Below the pieces are notes generated by a model, which saw only the letters and a program-made list of their open reading frames with translations, did not search any database and was not told the origin of the DNA. Below, piece by piece: positions 39,009 through 54,000 of a stretch of 64,000 bases of DNA. Positions within the stretch are counted from its first letter, which is position 1; every line of letters begins with the position of its first letter. Origin of the DNA: Eledone cirrhosa. Lineage: Eukaryota. The stretch is taken from contig OZ024741.1 in NCBI GenBank assembly GCA_964016885.1, forward strand, positions 262,260,001 through 262,324,000, in the 5' to 3' direction. A program made the position numbers and the translations under genes.

Positions 39009-42000
39009 GTTTCGCTTTACGAGTGTTTCGACTTACGAGTGTTTCGACATACGAGTGTTTCGACTTACGAATGTTTTTGCTTACGAGTGTTTCGGCTTAC
39101 GAGTGTTCCGACTTACGAGTGTTCTGACTTACGAGTGTTTCGGCTTACGAGTGTTTCCGGCTTACGAGTGTTTTGACATACGGGTGTTTTGACTTACGGG
39201 TGTTTCGGCTTACGAGTTTTTCGACTTACGAGTGTTTTGACTTACGAGTGATCTGATTTACGGATGTTTCGACATACGAGTGTTTCGACTTACGAGTGTT
39301 TCGACTTATGAGTATTTCGACTTACGAGTGTTTCGACTTACGAGTGTTTCGACTTACGAGTGTTCCGACTTACGAGTGTTTCGGCTTACGAGTGTTTTGG
39401 GTTACGAGTGTTTCGACATACGAGTGTTTCGACTTACGAGTGTTCCGACTAACGAGTGTTCCGACTTACGAGTGTTTCGGCTTACGAGTGTTTCGGCTTA
39501 CCAGTGTTTCGACTTACGAGTGTTTTAACTTACGTGTGTTTCGGCTTACGAGTGTTTCGACTTACCAGTGTTTTTACTTACGGTGTTTCGGCTTACGAGT
39601 GTTTCGACATACGAGTGTTTTGACTTAAGGGTGTTTCGACTTACGAGTGTTTCGACTTACGAGTGTTTCGGCTTACGAGTGTTTTGACTTAAGGATGTTT
39701 CGACTTACGAGTGTTTCGATACGAGTGTTTCGACTTACGAGTGTTTTGACTTACGGTGTGTCGGCTTACGAGTGTTTCGACTTACGAGTGTTTTGACTTA
39801 CGGGTGTTTTGACATACGATTGTTTCGATACGAGTGTTCTGACTTACGAGTGTTCTGACTTACGTGTTTTGACTTACGAGTGTTCTGACTTACGAGTGTT
39901 CCGACTTACGAGTGTTCCGACTTACGAGTGTTTCGGCTTACGAGTGTTTCCGGCTTACGAGTGTTTCGACTTACGAGTGTTTTGACTTACGGTGTTTCGG
40001 CTTACGAGTGATTCGACTTACGAATGTTTTGACTTACGGGTGTTTCGGCTTGCGAGTGTTTCGACTTACGAGTGTTTCGGCTTATGAGTGTTTCGACTTA
40101 CTAATGTTTTTACTTACGAGTGTTTCGGCGTACGAGTGTTTTGACTTACGAGTGTTTCGACTTACGAGTGTTTTGACTTACGAATGTTTTGACTTACGGG
40201 TGTTTCGGCTTACGAGTGTTTCGACTTACGAGTGTTTCGGCTTGCGAGTGTTTCGACTTACTAATGTTTTTACTTAAGAGTGTTTCGGCGTACGAGTGTT
40301 TCGACTTACGAGTGTTTCGACTTACGGGTGCTTTGACTTAAGGGTGTTTCGACTTACGAGTGTTTCGACTTACGAGTGTTTCGGCTTACGAGTGTTTTGA
40401 CTTAAGGATGTTTCGACTTACGAGTGTTTCGATACGAGTGTTTCGACTTACGAGTGTTTCGACTTACGAGTGTTTCGACTTACGAATGTTCTGACTTACG
40501 AGTGCTCTGACTTACGAGTGTTCTGATTTACGAGTGTTCTGACTTACGAGTGTTCTGACTTACGAGCGTTCTGATTTACGAGTGTTCCGACTTACGAGTG
40601 TTTCGGCTTACGAGTGTTTCGACATACGAGTGTTTCGACTTAGGAGTGTTCCGACTAACGAGTGTTCCGACATACGGTGTTTCGGCTTACGAGTGATTCG
40701 ACTTACGAGTGTTTTGACTTACGGGTGTTTTGACTTACGGGTGTTGTGAATTACGAGTGTTCCGATTTACGAGTGTTTTGACTTACGGTGTTTCGGCTTA
40801 CGAGTGTTTTCAGCTTACGAGTGATTCGACTTACGAGTGTTTTGACTTACGGGTGTTTTGACTTACGGGTGTTGTGAATTACGAGTGTTCCGATTTACGA
40901 GTGTTTTGACTTACGGTGTTTAGGCTTACGAGTGTTTCGATTTACGAGTGTTTCGGCTTATGAGCGTTTCGACTTACGAGTGTTTTGACTTACGGGTGTT
41001 TTGACATACGAGTGTTTCGACTGACGAGTGTTTCGATACGAGTGTTTCGACTTACGAGTGTTCTGACTTACGAGTGTTCTGACTTACGAGTGTTCTGACT
41101 TACGAGTGTTCCGACTTACGAGTGTTCCGACTTACGAGTGTTTCGGCTTACGAGTGTTTCGGCTTACGAGTGTTTCGACTTACGAGTGTTTCGACTTACG
41201 AGTGTTCCGACTTACGGGTGTTTCGACTTACGAGTGTTTTGGCTTACGGTGTTTCGGCTTACGAGTGTTTCGAGTTACGAGTGTTTTGACTTACGCGTGT
41301 TTTGACATACGAGTGTTTCGATACGAGTGTTCTGACTTACGAGTGTTCTGACTTACGAGTGTTCTGACTTACGAGTGTTCCGACTTTACGAGTGTTTCGG
41401 CTCACGAGTGTTTCGGCTTACGAGTGTTTCGACTTACGAAAATAACAAATAGACGCGGTTTCAAATCTCTATGCTTTTCAAATTCATTACATTAATCTTT
41501 ATTTATACGTTTCGCTTTACGAGTGTTTCGACTTACGAGTGTTTCGGCTTACGTGAGTTTCGACTTAAGAGTGTTCTGATTTACGAGTGTTCTGACTTGC
41601 GGGTGTTCTGATTTACGAGTGTTCCGACTTACGAGGGTTCTGACTTACGAGTGTTCCGAATTACGAGTGTTTCGGCTATGAGTGTTTCGACTTATGGGTG
41701 TTTCGACTTACGAGTGTTTTTACTTACGGTGTTTCGGCTTACGAGTGTTTCGACATACGAGTGTTTTGACTTACGGGTGTTTCGACTTACGAGTGTTTTG
41801 ACTTACGAATGTTTTTACTTACGGGTGTTTCGGCTTACGAGTGTTTCGACTTACGAGTGTTTCGGCTTACGAGTGTTTCGACTTACTAATGTTTTTACTT
41901 ACGAGTGTTTCGGCGTACGAGAGTTTTGACTTACGAGTGTTTCGACTTACGAGTGTTCTGACTTACGAGTGTTCCGAGTTACGAGTGTTCCGACTTACGA

Positions 42001-45000
42001 GTGTTTCGGCTTACGAGTGTTTCGGCTTACGAGTGTTTCGCCTTACGAGTGTTCCGACTTACGGGTGCTTCGACTTACGAGTGTTTGGGCTTACGGTATT
42101 TCGGCTTACGAGTGTTTCGAGTTACGAGTGTTTTGACTTACGCGTGTTTTGACATACGAGTTTTTCGATACGAGTGTTCTTACTTACGAGTGTTCTGATT
42201 ACGAGTGTTCTGACTTACGAGTGTTCCGACTTTACGAGTGTTTCGGCTCACGAGTGTTTCGGCTTACGAGTGTTTCGACTTACGAAAATAACAAATAGAC
42301 GCGGTTTCAAATCTCTATGCTTTTCAAATTCATTACATTAATCTTTATTTATACGTTTCGCTTTACGAGTGTTTCGACTTACGAGTGTTTCGACATACGA
42401 GTGTTTCGACTTACGAATGTTTTTGCTTACGAGTGTTTCGGCTTACGAGTGTTCCGACTTACGAGTGTTTCGGCTTACGAGTGTTTCCGGCTTACGAGTG
42501 TTTCGACTTACGGGTGTTTCGACTCACGAGTGTTCTGATTTACGAGTGTTCTGACTTGCGGGTGTTCTGATTTACGACTGTTCCGACTTACGAGGGTTCT
42601 GACTTACGAGTGTTCCGACTTACGAGTGTTTCGGCTATGAGTGTTTCGACTTATGGGTGTTTCGACTTACGAGTGTTTTTACTTACGGTGTTTCGGCTTA
42701 CGAGTGTTTCGACATACGAGTGTTTTGACTTACGGGTGTTTCGACTTACGAGTGTTTTGACTTACGAATGTTTTTACTTACGGGTGTTTCGGCTTACGAG
42801 TGTTTCGACTTACGAGTGTTTCGGCTTACGAGTGTTTCGACTTACTAATGTTTTTACTTACGAGTGTTTCGGCGTACGAGAGTTTTGACTTACGAGTGTT
42901 TCGACTTACGAGTGTTCTGACTTACGAGTGTTGCGACTTACGAGTGTTCCGACTTACGAGTGTTTCGGCTTACGAGTGTTTCGGCTTACGAGTGTTTCGA
43001 CTTACGAGTGTTCCGACTTACGGGTGCTTCGACTTACGAGTGTTTGGGCTTACGGTATTTCGGCTTACGAGTGTTTCGAGTTACGAGTGTTTTGACTTAC
43101 GCGTGTTTTGACATACGAGTTTTTCGATACGAGTGTTCTGACTTACGAGTGTTCTGATTACGAGTGTTCTGACTTACGAGTGTTCCGACTTTACGAGTGT
43201 TTCGGCTCACGAGTGTTTCGGCTTACGAGTGTTTCGACTCACGAAAATAACAAATAGACGTGGTTTCAAATCTCTATGCTTTTCAAATTCATTACATTAA
43301 TCTTTATTTATACGTTTCGCTTTACGAGTGTTTCGACTTACGAGTGTTTCGACATACGAGTGTTTCGACTTACGAATGTTTTTGCTTACGAGTGTTTCGG
43401 CTTACGAGTGTTCCGACTTACGAATGTTCCGACTTACGAGTGTTTCGGCTTACGAGTGTTTCCGGCTTACGAGTGTTTTGACTTACGGGTGTTTTGACTT
43501 ACGGGTGTTTCGGCTTACGAGTTTTTCGACTTACGAGTGTTTTGACTTACGAGTGATCTGATTTACGGATGTTTCGACATACGAGTGTTTCGACTTACGA
43601 GTGTTTCGACTTATGAGTATTTCGACTTACGAGTGTTTCGACTTACGAGTGTTTCGACTTACGAGTGTTCCGACTTACGAGTGTTTCGGCTTACGAGTGT
43701 TTTGGGTTACGAGTGTTTCGACATACGAGTGTTTCGACTTACGAGTGTTCCGACTAACGAGTGTTCCGACTTACGAGTGTTTCGGCTTACGAGTGTTTCG
43801 GCTTACCAGTGTTTCGACTTACGAGTGTTTTAACTTACGTGTGTTTCGGCTTACGAGTGTTTCGACTTACCAGTGTTTTTACTTACGGTGTTTCGGCTTA
43901 CGAGTGTTTCGACATACGAGTGTTTTGACTTAAGGGTGTTTCGACTTACGAGTGTTTCGACTTACGAGTGTTTCGGCTTACGAGTGTTTTGACTTAAGGA
44001 TGTTTCGACTTACGAGTGTTTCGATACGAGTGTTTCGACTTACGAGTGTTTTGACTTACGGTGTGTCGGCTTACGAGTGTTTCGACTTACGAGTGTTTTG
44101 ACTTACGGGTGTTTTGACATACGATTGTTTCGATACGAGTGTTCTGACTTACGAGTGTTCTGACTTACGTGTTTTGACTTACGAGTGTTCTGACTTACGA
44201 GTGTTCCGACTTACGAGTGTTCCGACTTACGAGTGTTTCGGCTTACGAGTGTTTCCGGCTTACGAGTGTTTCGACTTACGAGTGTTTTGACTTACGGTGT
44301 TTCGGCTTACGAGTGATTCGACTTACGAATGTTTTGACTTACGGGTGTTTCGGCTTGCGAGTGTTTCGACTTACGAGTGTTTCGGCTTATGAGTGTTTCG
44401 ACTTACTAATGTTTTTACTTACGAGTGTTTCGGCGTACGAGTGTTTTGACTTACGAGTGTTTCGACTTACGAGTGTTTTGACTTACGAATGTTTTGACTT
44501 ACGGGTGTTTCGGCTTACGAGTGTTTCGACTTACGAGTGTTTCGGCTTGCGAGTGTTTCGACTTACTAATGTTTTTACTTAAGAGTGTTTCGGCGTACGA
44601 GTGTTTCGACTTACGAGTGTTTTGACTTACGGTGTTTCGGCTTACGAGTGATTCGACTTACGAATGTTTTGACTTACGGGTGTTTCGGCTTGCGAGTGTT
44701 TCGACTTACGAGTGTTTCGGCTTATGAGTGTTTCGACTTACTAATGTTTTTACTTACGAGTGTTTCGGCGTACGAGTGTTTTGACTTACGAGTGTTTCGA
44801 CTTACGAGTGTTTTGACTTACGAATGTTTTGACTTTCGGGTGTTTCGGCTTACGAGTGTTTCGACTTACGAGTGTTTCGGCTTGCGAGTGTTTCGACTTA
44901 CTAATGTTTTTACTTAAGAGTGTTTCGGCGTACGAGTGTTTCGACTTACGAGTGTTTCGACTTACGGGTGCTTTGACTTAAGGGTGTTTCGACTTACGAG

Positions 45001-48000
45001 TGTTTCGACTTACGAGTGTTTCGGCTTACGAGTGTTTTGACTTAAGGATGTTTCGACTTACGAGTGTTTCGATACGAGTGTTTCGACTTACGAGTGTTTC
45101 GACTTACGAGTGTTTCGACTTACGAATGTTCTGACTTACGAGTGCTCTGACTTACGAGTGTTCTGATTTACGAGTGTTCTGACTTACGAGTGTTCTGACT
45201 TACGAGCGTTCTGATTTACGAGTGTTCCGACTTACGAGTGTTTCGGCTTACGAGTGTTTCGGCATACGAGTGTTTCGACTTAGGAGTGTTCCGACTAACG
45301 AGTGTTCCGACATACGGTGTTTCGGCTTACGAGTGATTCGACTTACGAGTGTTTTGACTTACGGGTGTTTTGACTTACGGGTGTTGTGAATTACGAGTGT
45401 TCCGATTTACGAGTGTTTTGACTTACGGTGTTTCGGCTTACGAGTGTTTTCAGCTTACGAGTGATTCGACTTACGAGTGTTTTGACTTACGGGTGTTTTG
45501 ACTTACGGGTGTTGTGAATTACGAGTGTTCCGATTTACGAGTGTTTTGACTTACGGTGTTTAGGCTTACGAGTGTTTCGATTTACGAGTGTTTCGGCTTA
45601 TGAGCGTTTCGACTTACGAGTGTTTTGACTTACGCGTGTTTTGACATACGAGTGTTTCGACTGACGAGTGTTTCGATACGAGTGTTTCGACTTACGAGTG
45701 TTCTGACTTACGAGTGTTCTGACTTACGAGTGTTCTGACTTACGAGTGTTCCGACTTACGAGTGTTCCGACTTACGAGTGTTTCGGCTTACGAGTGTTTC
45801 GGCTTACGAGTGTTTCGACTTACGAGTGTTTCGACTTACGAGTGTTCCGACTTACGGGTGTTTCGACTTACGAGTGTTTTGGCTTACGGTGTTTCGGCTT
45901 ACGAGTGTTTCGAGTTACGAGTGTTTTGACTTACGCGTGTTTTGACATACGAGTGTTTCGATACGAGTGTTCTGACTTACGAGTGTTCTGACTTACGAGT
46001 GTTCTGACTTACGAGTGTTCCGACTTTACGAGTGTTTCGGCTCACGAGTGTTTCGGCTTACGAGTGTTTCGACTTACGAAAATAACAAATAGACGCGGTT
46101 TCAAATCTCTATGCTTTTCAAATTCATTACATTAATCTTTATTTATACGTTTCGCTTTACGAGTGTTTCGACTTACGAGTGTTTCGGCTTACGTGAGTTT
46201 CGACTTAAGAGTGTTCTGATTTACGAGTGTTCTGACTTGCGGGTGTTCTGATTTACGAGTGTTCCGACTTACGAGGGTTCTGACTTACGAGTGTTCCGAA
46301 TTACGAGTGTTTCGGCTATGAGTGTTTCGACTTATGGGTGCTTCGACTTACGAGTGTTTTTACTTACGGTGTTTCGGCTTACGAGTGTTTCGACATACGA
46401 GTGTTTTGACTTACGGGTGTTTCGACTTACGAGTGTTTTGACTTACGAATGTTTTTACTTACGGGTGTTTCGGCTTACGAGTGTTTCGACTTACGAGTGT
46501 TTCGGCTTACGAGTGTTTCGACTTACTAATGTTTTTACTTACGAGTGTTTCGGCGTACGAGAGTTTTGACTTACGAGTGTTTCGACTTACGAGTGTTCTG
46601 ACTTACGAGTGTTGCGACTTACGAGTGTTCCGACTTACGAGTGTTTCGGCTTACGAGTGTTTCGGCTTACGAGTGTTTCGACTTACGAGTGTTCCGACTT
46701 ACGGGTGCTTCGACTTACGAGTGTTTGGGCTTACGGTATTTCGGCTTACGAGTGTTTCGAGTTACGAGTGTTTTGACTTACGCGTGTTTTGACATACGAG
46801 TTTTTCGATACGAGTGTTCTGACTTACGAGTGTTCTGATTACGAGTGTTCTGACTTACGAGTGTTCCGACTTTACGAGTGTTTCGGCTCACGAGTGTTTC
46901 GGCTTACGAGTGTTTCGACTCACGAAAATAACAAATAGACGTGGTTTCAAATCTCTATGCTTTTCAAATTCATTACATTAATCTTTATTTATACGTTTCG
47001 CTTTACGAGTGTTTCGACTTACGAGTGTTTCGACATACGAGTGTTTCGACTTACGAATGTTTTTGCTTACGAGTGTTTCGGCTTACGAGTGTTCCGACTT
47101 ACGAATGTTCCGACTTACGAGTGTTTCGGCTTACGAGTGTTTCCGGCTTACGAGTGTTTTGACTTACGGGTGTTTTGACTTACGGGTGTTTCGGCTTACG
47201 AGTTTTTCGACTTACGAGTGTTTTGACTTACGAGTGATCTGATTTACGGATGTTTCGACATACGAGTGTTTCGACTTACGAGTGTTTCGACTTATGAGTA
47301 TTTCGACTTACGAGTGTTTCGACTTACGAGTGTTTCGACTTACGAGTGTTCCGACTTACGAGTGTTTCGGCTTACGAGTGTTTTGGGTTACGAGTGTTTC
47401 GACATACGAGTGTTTCGACTTACGAGTGTTCCGACTAACGAGTGTTCCGACTTACGAGTGTTTCGGCTTACGAGTGTTTCGGCTTACCAGTGTTTCGACT
47501 TACGAGTGTTTTAACTTACGTGTGTTTCGGCTTACGAGTGTTTCGACTTACCAGTGTTTTTACTTACGGTGTTTCGGCTTACGAGTGTTTCGACATACGA
47601 GTGTTTTGACTTAAGGGTGTTTCGACTTACGAGTGTTTCGACTTACGAGTGTTTCGGCTTACGAGTGTTTTGACTTAAGGATGTTTCGACTTACGAGTGT
47701 TTCGATACGAGTGTTTCGACTTACGAGTGTTTTGACTTACGGTGTGTCGGCTTACGAGTGTTTCGACTTACGAGTGTTTTGACTTACGGGTGTTTTGACA
47801 TACGATTGTTTCGATACGAGTGTTCTGACTTACGAGTGTTCTGACTTACGTGTTTTGACTTACGAGTGTTCTGACTTACGAGTGTTCCGACTTACGAGTG
47901 TTCCGACTTACGAGTGTTTCGGCTTACGAGTGTTTCCGGCTTACGAGTGTTTCGACTTACGAGTGTTTTGACTTACGGTGTTTCGGCTTACGAGTGATTC

Positions 48001-51000
48001 GACTTACGAATGTTTTGACTTACGGGTGTTTCGGCTTGCGAGTGTTTCGACTTACGAGTGTTTCGGCTTATGAGTGTTTCGACTTACTAATGTTTTTACT
48101 TACGAGTGTTTCGGCGTACGAGTGTTTTGACTTACGAGTGTTTCGACTTACGAGTGTTTTGACTTACGAATGTTTTGACTTACGGGTGTTTCGGCTTACG
48201 AGTGTTTCGACTTACGAGTGTTTCGGCTTGCGAGTGTTTCGACTTACTAATGTTTTTACTTAAGAGTGTTTCGGCGTACGAGTGTTTCGACTTACGAGTG
48301 TTTTGACTTACGGTGTTTCGGCTTACGAGTGATTCGACTTACGAATGTTTTGACTTACGGGTGTTTCGGCTTGCGAGTGTTTCGACTTACGAGTGTTTCG
48401 GCTTATGAGTGTTTCGACTTACTAATGTTTTTACTTACGAGTGTTTCGGCGTACGAGTGTTTTGACTTACGAGTGTTTCGACTTACGAGTGTTTTGACTT
48501 ACGAATGTTTTGACTTACGGGTGTTTCGGCTTACGAGTGTTTCGACTTACGAGTGTTTCGGCTTGCGAGTGTTTCGACTTACTAATGTTTTTACTTAAGA
48601 GTGTTTCGGCGTACGAGTGTTTCGACTTACGAGTATTTCGACTTACGGGTGCTTTGACTTAAGGGTGTTTCGACTTACGAGTGTTTCGACTTACGAGTGT
48701 TTCGGCTTACGAGTGTTTTGACTTAAGGATGTTTCGACTTACGAGTGTTTCGATACGAGTGTTTCGACTTACGAGTGTTTCGACTTACGAGTGTTTCGAC
48801 TTACGAATGTTCTGACTTACGAGTGCTCTGACTTACGAGTGTTCTGATTTACGAGTGTTCTGACTTACGAGTGTTCTGACTTACGAGCGTTCTGATTTAC
48901 GAGTGTTCCGACTTACGAGTGTTTCGGCTTACGAGTGTTTCGGCATACGAGTGTTTCGACTTAGGAGTGTTCCGACTAACGAGTGTTCCGACATACGGTG
49001 TTTCGGCTTACGAGTGATTCGACTTACGAGTGTTTTGACTTACGGGTGTTTTGACTTACGGGTGTTGTGAATTACGAGTGTTCCGATTTACGAGTGTTTT
49101 GACTTACGGAGTTTCGGCTTACGAGTGTTTTCAGCTTACGAGTGATTCGACTTACGAGTGTTTTGACTTACGGGTGTTTTGACTTACGGGTGTTGTGAAT
49201 TACGAGTGTTCCGATTTACGAGTGTTTTGACTTACGGTGTTTAGGCTTACGAGTGTTTCGATTTACGAGTGTTTCGGCTTATGAGCGTTTCGACTTACGA
49301 GTGTTTTGACTTACGCGTGTTTTGACATACGAGTGTTTCGACTGACGAGTGTTTCGATACGAGTGTTTCGACTTACGAGTGTTCTGACTTACGAGTGTTT
49401 TGACTTACGGGTGTTTTGACTTACGGGTGTTGTGAATTACGAGTGTTCCGATTTACGAGTGTTTTGACTTACGGTGTTTAGGCTTACGAGTGTTTCGATT
49501 TACGAGTGTTTCGGCTTATGAGCGTTTCGACTTACGAGTGTTTTGACTTACGGGTGTTTTGACATACGAGTGTTTCGACTGACGAGTGTTTCGATACGAG
49601 TGTTTCGACTTACGAGTGTTCTGACTTACGAGTGTTCTGACTTACGAGTGTTCTGACTTACGAGTGTTCCGACTTACGAGTGTTTCGGCTTACGAGTGTT
49701 TCGGCATACGAGTGTTTCGACTTAGGAGTGTTCCGACTAACGAGTGTTCCGACATACGGTGTTTCGGCTTACGAGTGATTCGACTTACGAGTGTTTTGAC
49801 TTACGGGTGTTTTGACTTACGGGTGTTGTGAATTACGAGTGTTCCGATTTACGAGTGTTTTGACTTACGGTGTTTCGGCTTACGAGTGTTTTCAGCTTAC
49901 GAGTGATTCGACTTACGAGTGTTTTGACTTACGGGTGTTTTGACTTACGGGTGTTGTGAATTACGAGTGTTCCGATTTACGAGTGTTTTGACTTACGGTG
50001 TTTAGGCTTACGAGTGTTTCGATTTACGAGTGTTTCGGCTTATGAGCGTTTCGACTTACGAGTGTTTTGACTTACGCGTGTTTTGACATACGAGTGTTTC
50101 GACTGACGAGTGTTTCGATACGAGTGTTTCGACTTACGAGTGTTCTGACTTACGAGTGTTCTGACTTACGAGTGTTCTGACTTACGAGTGTTCCGACTTA
50201 CGAGTGTTCCGACTTACGAGTGTTTCGGCTTACGAGTGTTTCGGCTTACGAGTGTTTCGACTTACGAGTGTTTCGACTTACGAGTGTTCCGACTTACGGG
50301 TGTTTCGACTTACGAGTGTTTTGGCTTACGGTGTTTCGGCTTACGAGTGTTTCGAGTTACGAGTGTTTTGACTTACGCGTGTTTTGACATACGAGTGTTT
50401 CGATACGAGTGTTCTGACTTACGAGTGTTCTGACTTACGAGTGTTCTGACTTACGAGTGTTCCGACTTTACGAGTGTTTCGGCTCACGAGTGTTTCGGCT
50501 TACGAGTGTTTCGACTTACGAAAATAACAAATAGACGCGGTTTCAAATCTCTATGCTTTTCAAATTCATTACATTAATCTTTATTTATACGTTTCGCTTT
50601 ACGAGTGTTTCGACTTACGAGTGTTTCGGCTTACGTGAGTTTCGACTTAAGAGTGTTCTGATTTACGAGTGTTCTGACTTGCGGGTGTTCTGATTTACGA
50701 GTGTTCCGACTTACGAGGGTTCTGACTTACGAGTGTTCCGAATTACGAGTGTTTCGGCTATGAGTGTTTCGACTTATGGGTGCTTCGACTTACGAGTGTT
50801 TTTACTTACGGTGTTTCGGCTTACGAGTGTTTCGACATACGAGTGTTTTGACTTACGGGTGTTTCGACTTACGAGTGTTTTGACTTACGAATGTTTTTAC
50901 TTACGGGTGTTTCGGCTTACGAGTGTTTCGACTTACGAGTGTTTCGGCTTACGAGTGTTTCGACTTACTAATGTTTTTACTTACGAGTGTTTCGGCGTAC

Positions 51001-54000
51001 GAGAGTTTTGACTTACGAGTGTTTCGACTTACGAGTGTTCTGACTTACGAGTGTTGCGACTTACGAGTGTTCCGACTTACGAGTGTTTCGGCTTACGAGT
51101 GTTTCGGCTTACGAGTGTTTCGACTTACGAGTGTTCCGACTTACGGGTGCTTCGACTTACGAGTGTTTGGGCTTACGGTATTTCGGCTTACGAGTGTTTC
51201 GAGTTACGAGTGTTTTGACTTACGCGTGTTTTGACATACGAGTTTTTCGATACGAGTGTTCTGACTTACGAGTGTTCTGATTACGAGTGTTCTGACTTAC
51301 GAGTGTTCCGACTTTACGAGTGTTTCGGCTCACGAGTGTTTCGGCTTACGAGTGTTTCGACTCACGAAAATAACAAATAGACGTGGTTTCAAATCTCTAT
51401 GCTTTTCAAATTCATTACATTAATCTTTATTTATACGTTTCGCTTTACGAGTGTTTCGACTTACGAGTGTTTCGACATACGAGTGTTTCGACTTACGAAT
51501 GTTTTTGCTTACGAGTGTTTCGGCTTACGAGTGTTCCGACTTACGAATGTTCCGACTTACGAGTGTTTCGGCTTACGAGTGTTTCCGGCTTACGAGTGTT
51601 TTGACTTACGGGTGTTTTGACTTACGGGTGTTTCGGCTTACGAGTTTTTCGACTTACGAGTGTTTTGACTTACGAGTGATCTGATTTACGGATGTTTCGA
51701 CATACGAGTGTTTCGACTTACGAGTGTTTCGACTTATGAGTATTTCGACTTACGAGTGTTTCGACTTACGAGTGTTTCGACTTACGAGTGTTCCGACTTA
51801 CGAGTGTTTCGGCTTACGAGTGTTTTGGGTTACGAGTGTTTCGACATACGAGTGTTTCGACTTACGAGTGTTCCGACTAACGAGTGTTCCGACTTACGAG
51901 TGTTTCGGCTTACGAGTGTTTCGGCTTACCAGTGTTTCGACTTACGAGTGTTTTAACTTACGTGTGTTTCGGCTTACGAGTGTTTCGACTTACCAGTGTT
52001 TTTACTTACGGTGTTTCGGCTTACGAGTGTTTCGACATACGAGTGTTTTGACTTAAGGGTGTTTCGACTTACGAGTGTTTCGACTTACGAGTGTTTCGGC
52101 TTACGAGTGTTTTGACTTAAGGATGTTTCGACTTACGAGTGTTTCGATACGAGTGTTTCGACTTACGAGTGTTTTGACTTACGGTGTGTCGGCTTACGAG
52201 TGTTTCGACTTACGAGTGTTTTGACTTACGGGTGTTTTGACATACGATTGTTTCGATACGAGTGTTCTGACTTACGAGTGTTCTGACTTACGTGTTTTGA
52301 CTTACGAGTGTTCTGACTTACGAGTGTTCCGACTTACGAGTGTTCCGACTTACGAGTGTTTCGGCTTACGAGTGTTTCCGGCTTACGAGTGTTTCGACTT
52401 ACGAGTGTTTTGACTTACGGTGTTTCGGCTTACGAGTGATTCGACTTACGAATGTTTTGACTTACGGGTGTTTCGGCTTGCGAGTGTTTCGACTTACGAG
52501 TGTTTCGGCTTATGAGTGTTTCGACTTACTAATGTTTTTACTTACGAGTGTTTCGGCGTACGAGTGTTTTGACTTACGAGTGTTTCGACTTACGAGTGTT
52601 TTGACTTACGAATGTTTTGACTTACGGGTGTTTCGGCTTACGAGTGTTTCGACTTACGAGTGTTTCGGCTTGCGAGTGTTTCGACTTACTAATGTTTTTA
52701 CTTAAGAGTGTTTCGGCGTACGAGTGTTTCGACTTACGAGTGTTTTGACTTACGGTGTTTCGGCTTACGAGTGATTCGACTTACGAATGTTTTGACTTAC
52801 GGGTGTTTCGGCTTGCGAGTGTTTCGACTTACGAGTGTTTCGGCTTATGAGTGTTTCGACTTACTAATGTTTTTACTTACGAGTGTTTCGGCGTACGAGT
52901 GTTTTGACTTACGAGTGTTTCGACTTACGAGTGTTTTGACTTACGAATGTTTTGACTTACGGGTGTTTCGGCTTACGAGTGTTTCGACTTACGAGTGTTT
53001 CGGCTTGCGAGTGTTTCGACTTACTAATGTTTTTACTTAAGAGTGTTTCGGCGTACGAGTGTTTCGACTTACGAGTATTTCGACTTACGGGTGCTTTGAC
53101 TTAAGGGTGTTTCGACTTACGAGTGTTTCGACTTACGAGTGTTTCGGCTTACGAGTGTTTTGACTTAAGGATGTTTCGACTTACGAGTGTTTCGATACGA
53201 GTGTTTCGACTTACGAGTGTTTCGACTTACGAGTGTTTCGACTTACGAATGTTCTGACTTACGAGTGCTCTGACTTACGAGTGTTCTGATTTACGAGTGT
53301 TCTGACTTACGAGTGTTCTGACTTACGAGCGTTCTGATTTACGAGTGTTCCGACTTACGAGTGTTTCGGCTTACGAGTGTTTCGGCATACGAGTGTTTCG
53401 ACTTAGGAGTGTTCCGACTAACGAGTGTTCCGACATACGGTGTTTCGGCTTACGAGTGATTCGACTTACGAGTGTTTTGACTTACGGGTGTTTTGACTTA
53501 CGGGTGTTGTGAATTACGAGTGTTCCGATTTACGAGTGTTTTGACTTACGGTGTTTCGGCTTACGAGTGTTTTCAGCTTACGAGTGATTCGACTTACGAG
53601 TGTTTTGACTTACGGGTGTTTTGACTTACGGGTGTTGTGAATTACGAGTGTTCCGATTTACGAGTGTTTTGACTTACGGTGTTTAGGCTTACGAGTGTTT
53701 CGATTTACGAGTGTTTCGGCTTATGAGCGTTTCGACTTACGAGTGTTTTGACTTACGCGTGTTTTGACATACGAGTGTTTCGACTGACGAGTGTTTCGAT
53801 ACGAGTGTTTCGACTTACGAGTGTTCTGACTTACGAGTGTTTTGACTTACGGGTGTTTTGACTTACGGGTGTTGTGAATTACGAGTGTTCCGATTTACGA
53901 GTGTTTTGACTTACGGTGTTTAGGCTTACGAGTGTTTCGATTTACGAGTGTTTCGGCTTATGAGCGTTTCGACTTACGAGTGTTTTGACTTACGGGTGTT

